Positions 54,701 through 63,859 of a DNA stretch of 64,000 nucleotides are shown here, piece after piece. The notes beneath the pieces were generated by a model that ran no database searches, was not told the DNA's origin, and worked only from the letters and a program-made list of their open reading frames with translations. The position numbers and the translations under genes were made by a program. Source of the stretch: a virus (taxonomy: Duplodnaviria > Caudoviricetes); the IMG/VR virus record IMGVR_UViG_3300043447_000710, positions 1 through 64,000 of that record. One strand, 5' to 3'. How positions within the stretch are numbered: position 1 is the stretch's first letter; every line of letters begins with the position of its first letter.

Positions 54701-54831
54701 AACAACGCAATTCACATTTCGCTCAAGAGCCTCTATCTATGTTTCGCGTTGATGGAGTGCGCCATGATTTTAATGCCGCCGGTAAGGGAGGTTATACTTG
54801 TGAAATTATTATGTTAGGAATGGTGGGCTAA
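51718..54831 (+). CDS. baseplate hub (gp27/gpD-like) with inserted M23 peptidase
   Basis: VFIGSID..IQCRD, LLGDPSLTPGELIQV and FRVDGVRHDF hub motifs; M23 HRGTD..GYG..YAHL..GNTGNSTGPHLHFEI. Confidence 0.8.
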   Translation: MLTYQARLGSNCHQRAEAAIPLCVITGLNHKDVLFAHVPVASDWVVQSVSCSVQRFWNASSAVINLTCASTEMREFAPPLPRIKLAQDNIEHYLGEEDNVCIWLGYVDRLYSSASALWELMEGDNPQFLRVFIGSIDTIGFTGTDAGFKYTIQCRDRMKHLMDTQVSLAPFDIKDDRTYLNQALGGQADAVNRSDVILKIAQLGVGYVDLGKDSNPTDLNGMKILPGTVHDLGKVAAASKKAEDTRNKIDYPAPDLFYNYGDKPLAASVNNKVLDLDFNPKFNIMTGRLPFNTETVAREFTIEQQVPIELIKLLSNQESYPTEVFASVRDGNYYYCPRGTDLSGLTDPKRFYRTYYYRGYQPEGVGDSAVISSLSKKYPKIKALEFDVHDKAAKETVVEIDATLPFNSSIDVAQACHNWREERTTVGMYTNFLIVNNSPNNTKSGNVIMMHMVSRPPILAGRAIAGRNYYIIDDNLTTRTEAIALGAQQARLHGKQLRSASMTLLGDPSLTPGELIQVVGSPMHSHLADLELLVQERYGAIEYLQRERESHSDILTKIKNLDKQAPDTETAPLVSGSNKPNEGKFDLNVSKDLVSLGGNNVDMSKGSTEASFKAGSTEDAVRIRESKDFKVSGVANPSESSQSQQNQPPTTATSFEGKPGELLYPLPKEYRISSVAQKNRKNPVTGRTADHRGTDYQCPTGTGVLATAAGQVITSAFVSGYGEYIKLDHGNGITSGYAHLNLRQVTVGQTVTAGQQIGLSGNTGNSTGPHLHFEIFVNGNWQPTGTVVPPGSSVPPQYSSELKAALGSINSNIAPSEVKVEQQKKQPVARLEDIDFVDAGGTLSSTIKALNNFKAALKTQKYNGNQVKIEFDFPYLKEPQLKEKPKVLKTGLIVEITSNSATIEWLANLGLTTDLIYLGQLDIKYQSLFAYAGDESSVKTLIELLVFAKSQGINLLKDTSKADNIYQKLADNYDTSKPAVRTETSETSKALKGNEQRNSHFAQEPLSMFRVDGVRHDFNAAGKGGYTCEIIMLGMVG

Positions 54832-57800
54832 TGTCTTTATATGATGTGAGCCGCGACTATGCTCGCCAATTTAGTTTCAATCAATTAGGCTATCCAGCCC
54901 AGCGGCAAGCGTTAGGTAACTCTCAAGCCGTAGTCACTCGATGGGTAGTACAGGCTAAAAACACGTTACTACAAAATTTACAGCAGCGTCAAATTGCCAC
55001 TAACGTTAATAGTGGTACGCGCAATTTAATTACGCCAAGTTATGGAATCGGTCCTGGACTAGGAATGGTATTTCCTAAATCCGCACCTGGAACTACCATA
55101 ACCGCACTGCCAATCGGAACCGAAGTATTTAATTTAGGAGCTAGCAATATATCGCCTACGGGTAACTCCGTTTATACCTACTCTCGAAGTCAAGCTTATT
55201 TAGGCGTATCGCTACCTTCGGGACTAACAACTAACGTCAAACATGCTGGGGGTTATAGTTATACGTCTGGAATTTCCAGTCAGGCTAGTTTCGATTGGAC
55301 TGAGTTTAGCTATCTAAATATCATTCCCGGCGCTAGTACTACAGTAGACCCCTTAACTTCTAGTAATTATCAAAGCATCCCCCATATAGCTAGTACTGTC
55401 AGTAGCACTAGTGTTTATAGCACGGCTCAATTAGATAGTGTTTCTTCTCAACTAATATCTTTAGCAAAGATAGCTACTAACAACAAAGCGTATTTAAAAG
55501 CGCAAGAAGTAGTAGTAGGTGCTATCGATCCTGTGGATAAACGCGAAGCAGAAGCAGCAATTATAGGTACTGAAGAAGAAGTCCGCGCGCGATCGAAACA
55601 ATTTAAGCTAGAAGCTCTGCGCTCCTTAGCAGACTTAGCTAGTTTAGCTTTGGCTTCTGAAGTTGGAGCCAGTGCGGCATATCCAGCTCTATACGCACTT
55701 GCTAATAGTGCGTGGTTAGACAAAACTAACGTAGAAATTTTTAAGCAGATTGCAGCTATAGAAGCAAATCCAACTTTTAAGCAAATAGCTGGGCTTGTAA
55801 GTACGGTTAATAAATATCTGCCTCAAGCTCAGAGTATTTACAACTTTCTGTTTCCGTCGTCAGGACCAAAACTAGTAACGCAAGGAGCTAGTATAGACTT
55901 AGGCACGTTAACTATCAAGCCTAACTACCAGCCTCAGCTAGATAGAATTAACAACTTTTTACCCGTAGCGCATAGACTAACTTTAAACGCCGAACAAACC
56001 GAATTAAAGTTAGGTGCTTTTGTGTGTGCGCTTGGTTCTATATTCCCCTTCGACCTCAAGTTTAGAAATTATATAGACGCAACTAATAAGTACTTACCAT
56101 CCGACTTTAAGTTTAAGTACGGGATAGAAGATCGCATTATATTAGTAACTCCAGGCATAGTGATTTCTCAAGCTCAAGGTTTATTAATTGCAGATAAAGC
56201 CTTAGAAGTTGGCAAATTACTAACTGCGAATCTTAAGTGTGGTAATTACGCAGAGCCAGAAATTGTTGTTGCTGCAAGTAACTTTACCAGTAGCTCTAAT
56301 ACAACGGTTGTAAAAGACTCGGTAAGAATATTACGAACTACATTGTTATCTACATTAGGCGGTACGTTTGATTGGGACGCTTCACCGCCTAAACCAAACG
56401 TTAGAGGAATCGCAAACCTAGCAGAGAAGTTTCTCAATACAGCGCTGCCAGATAATCTACCAATTAAGCTAGGTACTGACAGCAATGGTTTGAGTTCGAT
56501 TGGATTGGGTTTACTCCAGGCGCGTAGGACTAGTGCGACAACTTGGGAATTTTCTTTACCTACAGTTAACGACCTTAATTCTGGAATCGAAGTAATTGCT
56601 TCTTTGAGCCCGACTCCGCCGGATCTAACTTTTATCCGCGAGTCGTTAGGCCAATTAACTAGTTTTTATCAAGAGCATCGAAAAGAGTTTATTAATTTCT
56701 TTGGCGGCCAAGATGTTGTTGGTAATTTACTAAGGTTACCTAAAAGTAAGATTAAGCTAGATTTAAGTACTGGAATCAGACTCGAAGGTAAGTTTGGAAA
56801 ACCTGAAGAAGACTTTGCAGATCTAGGAGATATTGCAACTACTACGATATCTGGAGGGTATCTAGATGCTCAAGCTGTTGCTAATTTTACCCAACGCCCG
56901 ACCTTTGCCGGCAGTTTGTTACCACTATTAAGTTGGTTAGACTCTGCTTTAGAACGCAATGCTAGTAATGGGAGTTTAGGCCGCTCCGACGCCGGACTAT
57001 CTTTAGTTACTGGAAAGATAGTTACTAATAACGGTACCAACTATTCTTTATTAGCATCTCTATGTCTGGACGTTGGAACTTTAATCCCAACTGGGGAATT
57101 AGACCCGCTTGGCGACACAGACAGTACTGGGAGTACAGGACTGGACAATGTAGTCGATAACCCAGCCGAGCCGTTGGCTGCAGAACCTACAGGTACTTTA
57201 GACCCACAATCGACTAGAGACTTATTAGAAGCACAATTAATTCAGCTAGGTTTGGCAGAAAGAGCTGAGAATTTAATCGACTCTTTAGACACTTTCTTGT
57301 ATCCGCCTGTATTTGAATTTGACGATGATGACAACGTAGTAGAGGTAGTAGACGATCGAGATAGAAGCGAGCGCGAACTAGACCCGATTGCTATCGATCT
57401 TACGCCGAGCTTCGGTGATTTTTTAAATGTTGTCGAAGCCTTAAGCGATTTACCGGCTCAGCAATTACTAGGAGGGTTGACTGTCAGCGGCGGGCTAGAA
57501 ACTGCTACAGCTCCAGTAGCCAGAGCTACTGCTATTAGATATAGAGAGCGTCTAGATTGTCAAAGCCTTACTTATTATCAATCGGCATTGCAGACAACGG
57601 CTACTACAGAAGACTTTCCAACTTACGCAACTAGTTACGGAATTCAAGCTAGACCTTTTCAAGAGTACGTTGATAACCCAATTGCTGTAGTAGATTTACT
57701 AGATAACGTCGAACCCCGTTTAAGGCCGGCAATCGAACGATTGTTAATCGGCGACCTGGTAGGGTTCTTTCGACAAGCAATCTGGGCTAAGGCTGGAGTC

Positions 57801-57920
57801 GATATTTATTACATGCCGAGACAGTATCTAATGTTGCAAACTAACGTCAGAGGTTATTATGGTGGCGCCGTACCTAGCTCCAACCCAACTCGCGACTGGC
57901 AGGACGAACTGACATGGTAA
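54831..57920 (+). CDS. large hypothetical structural protein
   Basis: 1,029 aa, coupled, in the tail operon. Confidence 0.6.
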   Translation: MSLYDVSRDYARQFSFNQLGYPAQRQALGNSQAVVTRWVVQAKNTLLQNLQQRQIATNVNSGTRNLITPSYGIGPGLGMVFPKSAPGTTITALPIGTEVFNLGASNISPTGNSVYTYSRSQAYLGVSLPSGLTTNVKHAGGYSYTSGISSQASFDWTEFSYLNIIPGASTTVDPLTSSNYQSIPHIASTVSSTSVYSTAQLDSVSSQLISLAKIATNNKAYLKAQEVVVGAIDPVDKREAEAAIIGTEEEVRARSKQFKLEALRSLADLASLALASEVGASAAYPALYALANSAWLDKTNVEIFKQIAAIEANPTFKQIAGLVSTVNKYLPQAQSIYNFLFPSSGPKLVTQGASIDLGTLTIKPNYQPQLDRINNFLPVAHRLTLNAEQTELKLGAFVCALGSIFPFDLKFRNYIDATNKYLPSDFKFKYGIEDRIILVTPGIVISQAQGLLIADKALEVGKLLTANLKCGNYAEPEIVVAASNFTSSSNTTVVKDSVRILRTTLLSTLGGTFDWDASPPKPNVRGIANLAEKFLNTALPDNLPIKLGTDSNGLSSIGLGLLQARRTSATTWEFSLPTVNDLNSGIEVIASLSPTPPDLTFIRESLGQLTSFYQEHRKEFINFFGGQDVVGNLLRLPKSKIKLDLSTGIRLEGKFGKPEEDFADLGDIATTTISGGYLDAQAVANFTQRPTFAGSLLPLLSWLDSALERNASNGSLGRSDAGLSLVTGKIVTNNGTNYSLLASLCLDVGTLIPTGELDPLGDTDSTGSTGLDNVVDNPAEPLAAEPTGTLDPQSTRDLLEAQLIQLGLAERAENLIDSLDTFLYPPVFEFDDDDNVVEVVDDRDRSERELDPIAIDLTPSFGDFLNVVEALSDLPAQQLLGGLTVSGGLETATAPVARATAIRYRERLDCQSLTYYQSALQTTATTEDFPTYATSYGIQARPFQEYVDNPIAVVDLLDNVEPRLRPAIERLLIGDLVGFFRQAIWAKAGVDIYYMPRQYLMLQTNVRGYYGGAVPSSNPTRDWQDELTW

Positions 57921-58126
57921 ATAAGAGAAGAAATTACAACGCTCCCTTTGGTAAAAGTCCTGGTAATTATTGTTTGTTTTGCGAAGCTAAACTAAAAAGG
58001 TTTCATCCGATTTATTGCGCGGATATAATTGTAGCCAGAGATTGGGAAACGCGAAGACTAGCGGGCTTCGTGCACGAGAATTGTCAAGATTGGGATTCGA
58101 AAGGTTCTGATGAAGTACATTTATAA
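57914..58126 (+). CDS. small Cys/His protein
   Basis: CLFC..HENC; overlaps neighbours in coupled fashion. Confidence 0.5.
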   Translation: MVNKRRNYNAPFGKSPGNYCLFCEAKLKRFHPIYCADIIVARDWETRRLAGFVHENCQDWDSKGSDEVHL

Positions 58127-59195
58127 GACTCAAGAAGTAACTAGAAGCGGCTCTCTTAAATCAAACAGTAGATACGACAGCCTGGAAAAACAGCGTTACT
58201 TAGCTATAGAAGCCGCCAGAACTAATTGGGAGTATCAAACAGAGTTAAACGCGCCCACAGTAGTAGAAAATGTTAAGCAATACGGTGACTGGCTGCTGAC
58301 TCAGCTACGGCGAGAACTGATTAGATGTGTAGCTTTTAAGGAAGAGGATGGCTCACAGCTAACTTCGGCAACAATTAATTATTGGAAGATATTTCCTAAA
58401 GCTAAGTTAGTTCCCGAACCTGTAGTAAGAGTTTATTCAATCGGCGGTAAGCTTGGATCGCTAGCTGCCTATACTTGCTGCCAAGGACTTAATTGGAGTG
58501 CGAAGCCTTTAGAGTTAAGTAAGGAAATCACAGAAAGCGTATGGAAGGAATTATTAGTAAGCCCAGAACTTTCGCCAGTTTCTAAATTAAAAGCATTGTT
58601 TATAAATCTTGACTTAGATTTTGAGTACGTAAGAGCCTGCGAAAAAGCTTTGAAACTTAAGAGTCAAAGCGGCGACTTCAAACTAAGGCAACACGCTTTA
58701 GACGCCAACGCTTTTGACAGACTACCGCTAAGAATCTTGCTATCTGAAGTAAGTCTGATAGCTATTAAGTACTGGTCTGAATTTCATGTCGAAGCAAATC
58801 TCAACCCTACTGTAGCTTCTAACTACAGCCTACCTAATGCTGGTTACGGTAGACCATACCATCACTTTCAAATGTGTGTGGCTTTAGGCCAAAGCGCGGG
58901 GTTTAGCTTTTTGTTGCAGACTTTAGCGTGTGAAATGTTAGCTAAAGCTTATGAAGTAATAGCAGATCTACCAGAACTTTTAACGTTAGATGTTTTAGAA
59001 AGAGATCCTAACTTTACTCGCGTGAGAGAAGGTTTGAGTGCGAGATTAAATGCTATTGCTGAAGCTATTTCAATTCAAGGTACTTTTGGAGCGCTAACTA
59101 GTGCAGAAGCTAGAAGTCAAGAATGGGTGGCTGAAGCTAATCGCTGGGGTGGTTATAAAGATTTAGACTTTAATATCAAAGACTTACTTATCTAA
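58110..59195 (+). CDS. hypothetical protein
   Basis: 361-aa ORF. Confidence 0.65.
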   Translation: MKYIYKTQEVTRSGSLKSNSRYDSLEKQRYLAIEAARTNWEYQTELNAPTVVENVKQYGDWLLTQLRRELIRCVAFKEEDGSQLTSATINYWKIFPKAKLVPEPVVRVYSIGGKLGSLAAYTCCQGLNWSAKPLELSKEITESVWKELLVSPELSPVSKLKALFINLDLDFEYVRACEKALKLKSQSGDFKLRQHALDANAFDRLPLRILLSEVSLIAIKYWSEFHVEANLNPTVASNYSLPNAGYGRPYHHFQMCVALGQSAGFSFLLQTLACEMLAKAYEVIADLPELLTLDVLERDPNFTRVREGLSARLNAIAEAISIQGTFGALTSAEARSQEWVAEANRWGGYKDLDFNIKDLLI

Positions 59196-60163
59196 TGAGT
59201 GCTAATCCGTACGCTAGAGTTGGAGTTGTAGATCCTAATTATAGTACTACAATCCTTCCACAATTAAGAGAGTATCTAACTAAAGGAGCTCAGTTTAATG
59301 CTTATAACAGCGCCGACAGATTGAGCGGCTGGTTTATAGGTAACTTTACTAGCTCTCACGTTAGAAGTGAAGTGCCTAAGCTACGAATAAGCTTAACAGA
59401 CAAAGCTACACGGTCTGCCGTAGATAGTTACATCGACCATCTTAAGGTCGTAGGTGATGGAATCGTATCTGCTTTAGCTACATATAAAGTAGATACTAAC
59501 GGAGACAGACGAGCTGTAGCTGGGGAGATCGGCCAGTTCTGCAACTTTCTAAACGTTTTAGCCACGACGGCTTGCGTTAACTACGGCTTCGTTCACACTA
59601 GCGCTCGCTCTCACGTTTATCACTGTAGTTCGCATAATCAACAGACAGATACGTTTCAAGCCGGCAGCAAGTTCTTTTGGTTTAGAGCTGAAAAGCACTT
59701 TCAAATCCAAGCAGCCACCAGCAGTGTTTACGTAACATCTACTGCAGAAGATTTTTACAAACGTCATTTTTATAGAGCCGCAGAATATAAAGCTAACGTT
59801 AAGTCTTTTCAGCTTAACGGACTTGAATACGTATTAGATAGCGGACGGATTCACTTAGCTGGAAAGAAAATAGAATTAACTCCTACAGAAACTCTAAACG
59901 TAAATACTAAGAAGCTCGCAGTTAACTCTTCCCAAACACTTAGTATAGCTAGTAGTTCTACTATTACGATTTCTGGCTCGCAGATCTTTCTCGGTAGATT
60001 GGCGTCAGCGCCTCCTCCTCCTCCTGTTAGTGAGGTTCCTACTGGGCTAGAAGTTGTAGAAATAGAAGACTTGCCAACTTATCAACGGGGGATTACTGTA
60101 GCCAATCAAAAACTACCCGTCGTTAACTACGGCTCGCAGCAGTTTACCGTGCCGCCTATCTAA
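59195..60163 (+). CDS. putative baseplate central spike (beta-helix C-terminus)
   Basis: repeating short beta strands (LNVNTKKLAVNSSQTLSIASSSTITISGSQIFLG). Confidence 0.55.
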   Translation: MSANPYARVGVVDPNYSTTILPQLREYLTKGAQFNAYNSADRLSGWFIGNFTSSHVRSEVPKLRISLTDKATRSAVDSYIDHLKVVGDGIVSALATYKVDTNGDRRAVAGEIGQFCNFLNVLATTACVNYGFVHTSARSHVYHCSSHNQQTDTFQAGSKFFWFRAEKHFQIQAATSSVYVTSTAEDFYKRHFYRAAEYKANVKSFQLNGLEYVLDSGRIHLAGKKIELTPTETLNVNTKKLAVNSSQTLSIASSSTITISGSQIFLGRLASAPPPPPVSEVPTGLEVVEIEDLPTYQRGITVANQKLPVVNYGSQQFTVPPI

Positions 60164-60175
60164 GATTTACATTTA

Positions 60176-60289
60176 ATGCAAACAGAACATGCAATTCTAA
60201 GTGCCTTTCTAACCTTTTTAGGAATTTTAATAATTAGTGGAGTTATGTTGATTGTAGCTCTATGGTGTAATGCTGACGATCCAAAGTAA
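60176..60289 (+). CDS. small single-TM peptide (37 aa), holin-like candidate
   Basis: MQTEHAILSAFLTFLGILIISGVMLIVALWCNADDPK, near the endolysin; absent from the ORF track. Confidence 0.45.
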   Translation: MQTEHAILSAFLTFLGILIISGVMLIVALWCNADDPK

Positions 60290-60839
60290 AACACAAACGA
60301 CTGTAATTTTACTAGCGTCTTCACCTCTTAAAGCAGGGACGTTAGTAGAGTTTTTACCATCAGGAGTTCGAGCGAGTGTCGGTAGGTATCTAGGCCAGCG
60401 TACGTATGAAGTTAAAGTTGCCATTGGTAATGATGATGCAGTAAGACTTGCTGATTGGTGGCGGCTAAAACAGCCAGAAAGTTTTAAGCTAATGGCTCCG
60501 CTTCAATTCTTCGAATCAGGCAACGGCGCAACTTTAGACATAACTACTAACGTTTTACCTACAAATCATATTGCTGGAAGTTTGGGCTGGGACTTATGGT
60601 ACCGCCCCGACAACTTACATCCGTGGTTTGAAGTAGCCGCAGGTAACGATCTAGAAGTTAGAGGAAAAGCTATAGGTAAAATCGATGATGCGGCTTGGCC
60701 TGCAGGATTGTGGTTGTTTAAAGCTACAGCGTTCTATAAAACTAATCTAGTTCCTGTCAGTAACGCTCAATTTAGCTGGGAATTAAAAGAAGTTACAGAG
60801 ACAATACTTAAAACTTACGAGTTGCAACTAGGAGCGTAA
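60270..60839 (+). CDS. hypothetical protein
   Basis: 189-aa ORF. Confidence 0.6.
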   Translation: MLTIQSKTQTTVILLASSPLKAGTLVEFLPSGVRASVGRYLGQRTYEVKVAIGNDDAVRLADWWRLKQPESFKLMAPLQFFESGNGATLDITTNVLPTNHIAGSLGWDLWYRPDNLHPWFEVAAGNDLEVRGKAIGKIDDAAWPAGLWLFKATAFYKTNLVPVSNAQFSWELKEVTETILKTYELQLGA

Positions 60840-61361
60840 ATGAAATACGGAATCGATTGCGGTCATAATTGTACGCCAGTAGATACTGGCGCTGTCGCTA
60901 TTGCGGTAGAAGATAAACTTACTAAAGCTGTGGGCACGCATTTAATGGCAATGCTTGCTGCAAAGGGGCACGAAGTTGTAGACTGTACGCCTTTAAAAGC
61001 GACTAGTCTTACTGACTCTCTAAACCGCCGCGTTAGAAAAGCTAATGAAAGTGGAGTGGATCTTTACGTTTCGATCCACTTTAATGCCTATCAAGACAGT
61101 GACGAGCCAATGGGAACTGAAGTGTTTGCTTTGAGTGCTAAAGCAAAAAGTGTAGCTACTAAAGTACTTGCTGGCTTAATAAGCCTAGGTTTTAAAGACA
61201 GAGGCGTTAAGTCAGCGCCCCTGTATGTAATTAAAAACACTTACATGCCAGCAATATTAATAGAAGTCTGTTTTATAGACTCTAAGGCTGATATGGAAAT
61301 TTATCAAAAGGTCGGAGCTAAGACGATCGCAGGTAAAATCTGCGAAGGTTTAACTTGTTGA
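60840..61361 (+). CDS. N-acetylmuramoyl-L-alanine amidase (Amidase_3), endolysin
   Basis: IDCGH, E, SIHFNA, GTEV and PAILIEVCFID motifs. Confidence 0.92.
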   Translation: MKYGIDCGHNCTPVDTGAVAIAVEDKLTKAVGTHLMAMLAAKGHEVVDCTPLKATSLTDSLNRRVRKANESGVDLYVSIHFNAYQDSDEPMGTEVFALSAKAKSVATKVLAGLISLGFKDRGVKSAPLYVIKNTYMPAILIEVCFIDSKADMEIYQKVGAKTIAGKICEGLTC

Positions 61362-61476
61362 CACTCCGTTCTCCTGAATCAAAGTCCAATTCATCTGGCT
61401 CGCTATCACTTGCTTGGTTGTCTTGAGGCTCTTTAAGTCGCACGTTAATTTCCGATGAGCGATCATCGTTATACAT

Positions 61477-62933
61477 TTGACGTACTCCCCGGCATGAATG
61501 CGCGGGGATTCTCAAAGGTTGTCTTGCGGTGGGCTAAAGCCACACCTTCAGACTTTCTTCTTCCTGTCTCTAAGGCTCTTAACTAGACTGTTACCAGTCC
61601 CCGTTAGACCGCCTCCACAGGCAATTTCTTTTATGTCTACCGAGCGTCCCTCGGCTGACAATCCGCGATTGCGAATAACTTGAGCCGCTGCTACATCTCT
61701 ATGAGTTGTGTACCCACAATTTGGACAGCTATGAACTCGATTATCAAGTGTTTTCTTGCCAGTATGAGTATCGCAATTAGGGCAAACTTGAGAAGTGTAA
61801 TCTTTGTTTACCTTCTCAAAATACACGTCTTGCTTCCAACACACCCATTTAAGTATTTCCACAAATTGACCAAAGCTAGCATCCAAGGTGTGCTTGCCAA
61901 GCATTCCTTTAGCCCAAGTGCGAAAGTCGATATCTTCAACAAATACCATTCCTGCATCTTTGACTATTTCATGAGCTAGTTTAAACTGCCAATCTTTTTT
62001 AGTGTCAGCTACTCGCTGGTGGACTCTGGCTATTTTTTGATTTAATTTGTGGCGGTTGTTAGATCCTTTTTTCTTGTTCTTCAGCCGACGTTGCAGCAAT
62101 TTAAGCTTGCGATGTTCTGCTTTCAGAAACTTAGGACGTTTAACTAACTTGCCTTCAGAGGTTGCTAGAAATTGGTCTAGACCTAAATCTATGCCAACTG
62201 GAAATCCATGAGGCATCGGTTCTGGAACATTCACATCACACTCTAATGAAAATATGACAAAATATCCACTAGCCTTACGCACTATTCGAGCTTGCTTAAC
62301 CACAAACCCGTCAGGAATTTCTCTAGATTTAATGAACTCAACAACACCTAACTGGGGCAGTTTGATACTATTTCCTTGGATGCAGTTTTTCAGCATTTGG
62401 GGAAATACAAACGACCGCATTCGGTATTTATTCTTAAACCTGGGGAATCCCATTCCCTTACGCTTCATGTCTAGAAATGCTGTTTCAAGCTTTCTCAACA
62501 CCTGTTGCAGCATTTGAGCGTTAACCGTTTTAAGTTCGGGATATAACTCCTTAGCTTTGGTTAATCCCGCAGCCTGAACATAATAATTCGGGTAGGGAGC
62601 ATCCGCTGGAATGATGTACTCACTTGCAATTGAGCAAGCATTAATTGGACATTTGCGCGAGTTAATCCAGTCCTTGCGTTCTCTTAGCGCGTAATTCCAA
62701 ACTTTGCGACAAATTACCAGAGTTCTTTCAATTTCTAGAATCTGATCTTCTGTTGGCTTTAGTTTGTACTCGTAACTAAGATTTAACATGGTTCTTGGAT
62801 GTCTCTACAAATCATTATATCATTTTGTAGAGACTACGGCAACGATAAGATCCCAATGGTTGACTGGCAGGCTAAAGCCTGCGGCTAGCCTTCATCCCCG
62901 CCTTGAAAGGACGGGGTTCTCGGCATGTTTCAT
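61477..62933 (-). mobile_element. IS200/IS605-family tnpB-only (IS1341-like) element
   Basis: right end GAATCCCCGCGCATTCATGCCGGGGAGTACGTCAA (TCAA at 61477); left-end hairpin CCCCGTCCTTTCAAGGCGGGGATGAA; left boundary approximate (after CTAT); no tnpA. Confidence 0.75.
61548..62789 (-). CDS. tnpB: TnpB RNA-guided endonuclease
   Basis: N-terminal HTH YEYKLKPT, RuvC GIDLG / VEDID / RDVAAA, CPNC..CPNC zinc ribbon; full length. Confidence 0.95.
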   Translation of the reverse strand: MLNLSYEYKLKPTEDQILEIERTLVICRKVWNYALRERKDWINSRKCPINACSIASEYIIPADAPYPNYYVQAAGLTKAKELYPELKTVNAQMLQQVLRKLETAFLDMKRKGMGFPRFKNKYRMRSFVFPQMLKNCIQGNSIKLPQLGVVEFIKSREIPDGFVVKQARIVRKASGYFVIFSLECDVNVPEPMPHGFPVGIDLGLDQFLATSEGKLVKRPKFLKAEHRKLKLLQRRLKNKKKGSNNRHKLNQKIARVHQRVADTKKDWQFKLAHEIVKDAGMVFVEDIDFRTWAKGMLGKHTLDASFGQFVEILKWVCWKQDVYFEKVNKDYTSQVCPNCDTHTGKKTLDNRVHSCPNCGYTTHRDVAAAQVIRNRGLSAEGRSVDIKEIACGGGLTGTGNSLVKSLRDRKKKV

Positions 62934-62948
62934 ATAGGTAGTTGATTT

Positions 62949-62973
62949 TGGTGGAGTACAGGGGAGTCGAACC
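62949..62973 (-). other. 3' end of a tRNA/tmRNA-like sequence (T-loop plus acceptor-CCA), 5' part missing
   Basis: GGTTCGACTCCCCTGTACTCCACCA. Confidence 0.6.
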
Positions 62974-63417
62974 GCTCTGCAAAACCTATGCAAACCTAGA
63001 ATAATGACAATTGCACTATCTTAGGCTTACTGTTTACTTCCTGTTTCATCGCAGCCCTGGAATGACTTCCAAGAGGTTTGTCTGCTCCACAGGCTAACAC
63101 GGCAGAGCTTGCCGCTTCGGATCGCTCCGGTACGAAAATACTTTCAAACCAACGATCTATGTTCTTCGCCACGTTCAGATCTCTATCTTCTATATGTCCA
63201 CAATCGGGACACTCAAAGACTCGATTCTTGAGCGGCATTTTATGGCGATGACTGCCACAATTAGAGCAGATTTGGCTACTAGGGAAAAATCGATCCACCA
63301 ATATTAATTGGCTATCAAACTTCTCCACTTTGTACTCTAGCTGTCTCTTGAACTCATACATTTCGCAATCAGCAATCGCACCAGCCAGCTTATGATTCTT
63401 TAAAAATGCTTTAACTC
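62972..63417 (-). pseudogene. tnpB: C-terminal tnpB fragment with IS607-like right end
   Basis: VKAFLKNHKLAGAIADC..FKRQLEYK..FFPSSQICSNC..CPDC..DRDLN; ends GTTTGCATAGGTTTTGCAGAGCGG; N-terminus and RuvC-I/II missing. Confidence 0.8.
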
Positions 63418-63430
63418 GCTGTTCTTGCGT

Positions 63431-63859
63431 TTATCTAACGACCGCTGAAATAGCTTTAAAGTCTGAAACTTCTGCAACACAACCAGCTTTAATATCTTTT
63501 ACTTCAGGCTCTAAGCTACAGTACCCACTGACTTCCTTAGAAGAGTCTGGCTCTTTACCTTTTTCGTAAACAAAAGTTTTGTAAACAGGGTAGTAAGCGC
63601 GCCCTTTAAGTATCTCTGCTCGCCCTGTCGCGGCATAGACTAAAGCAAACTCTTCATTTTTGGCGTGAAAGAAAAAGAATATTTTTCCTTCTTTACGAAC
63701 TACAGCTAAATGACTGCAAGTAAAGTTAGTCTCTTGGATTTGAATGGCGCACTTACTACCATGTATAGTCTCGACGTTAACGTCTTGTAAATAAGTTGTA
63801 GGTAGCGCTTGAGGCACTATTAATGCTAAGGAAGTTAGGCCGGTTAAGACTAGGTTCAT
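63431..63859 (-). CDS. hypothetical exported protein
   Basis: N-terminal hydrophobic signal-like segment; 142 aa. Confidence 0.6.
   Translation of the reverse strand: MNLVLTGLTSLALIVPQALPTTYLQDVNVETIHGSKCAIQIQETNFTCSHLAVVRKEGKIFFFFHAKNEEFALVYAATGRAEILKGRAYYPVYKTFVYEKGKEPDSSKEVSGYCSLEPEVKDIKAGCVAEVSDFKAISAVVR

Noticed and set aside
18501-59767. Short ORFs nested in or antisense to structural genes (e.g. 22180, 33435, 43596, 44105, 55448, 59558)
   Set aside because: Fully overlap longer motif-bearing genes
61318-61979. ORFs 61318-61515, 61498-61683 and 61680-61979
   Set aside because: They span the IS end or are antisense to tnpB; a 52-aa ORF from ATG 61476 is possible but unsupported
62949-63020. 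Complete tRNA gene
   Set aside because: Only the T-loop and 3' acceptor are present; the upstream sequence is the IS end and tnpB coding sequence
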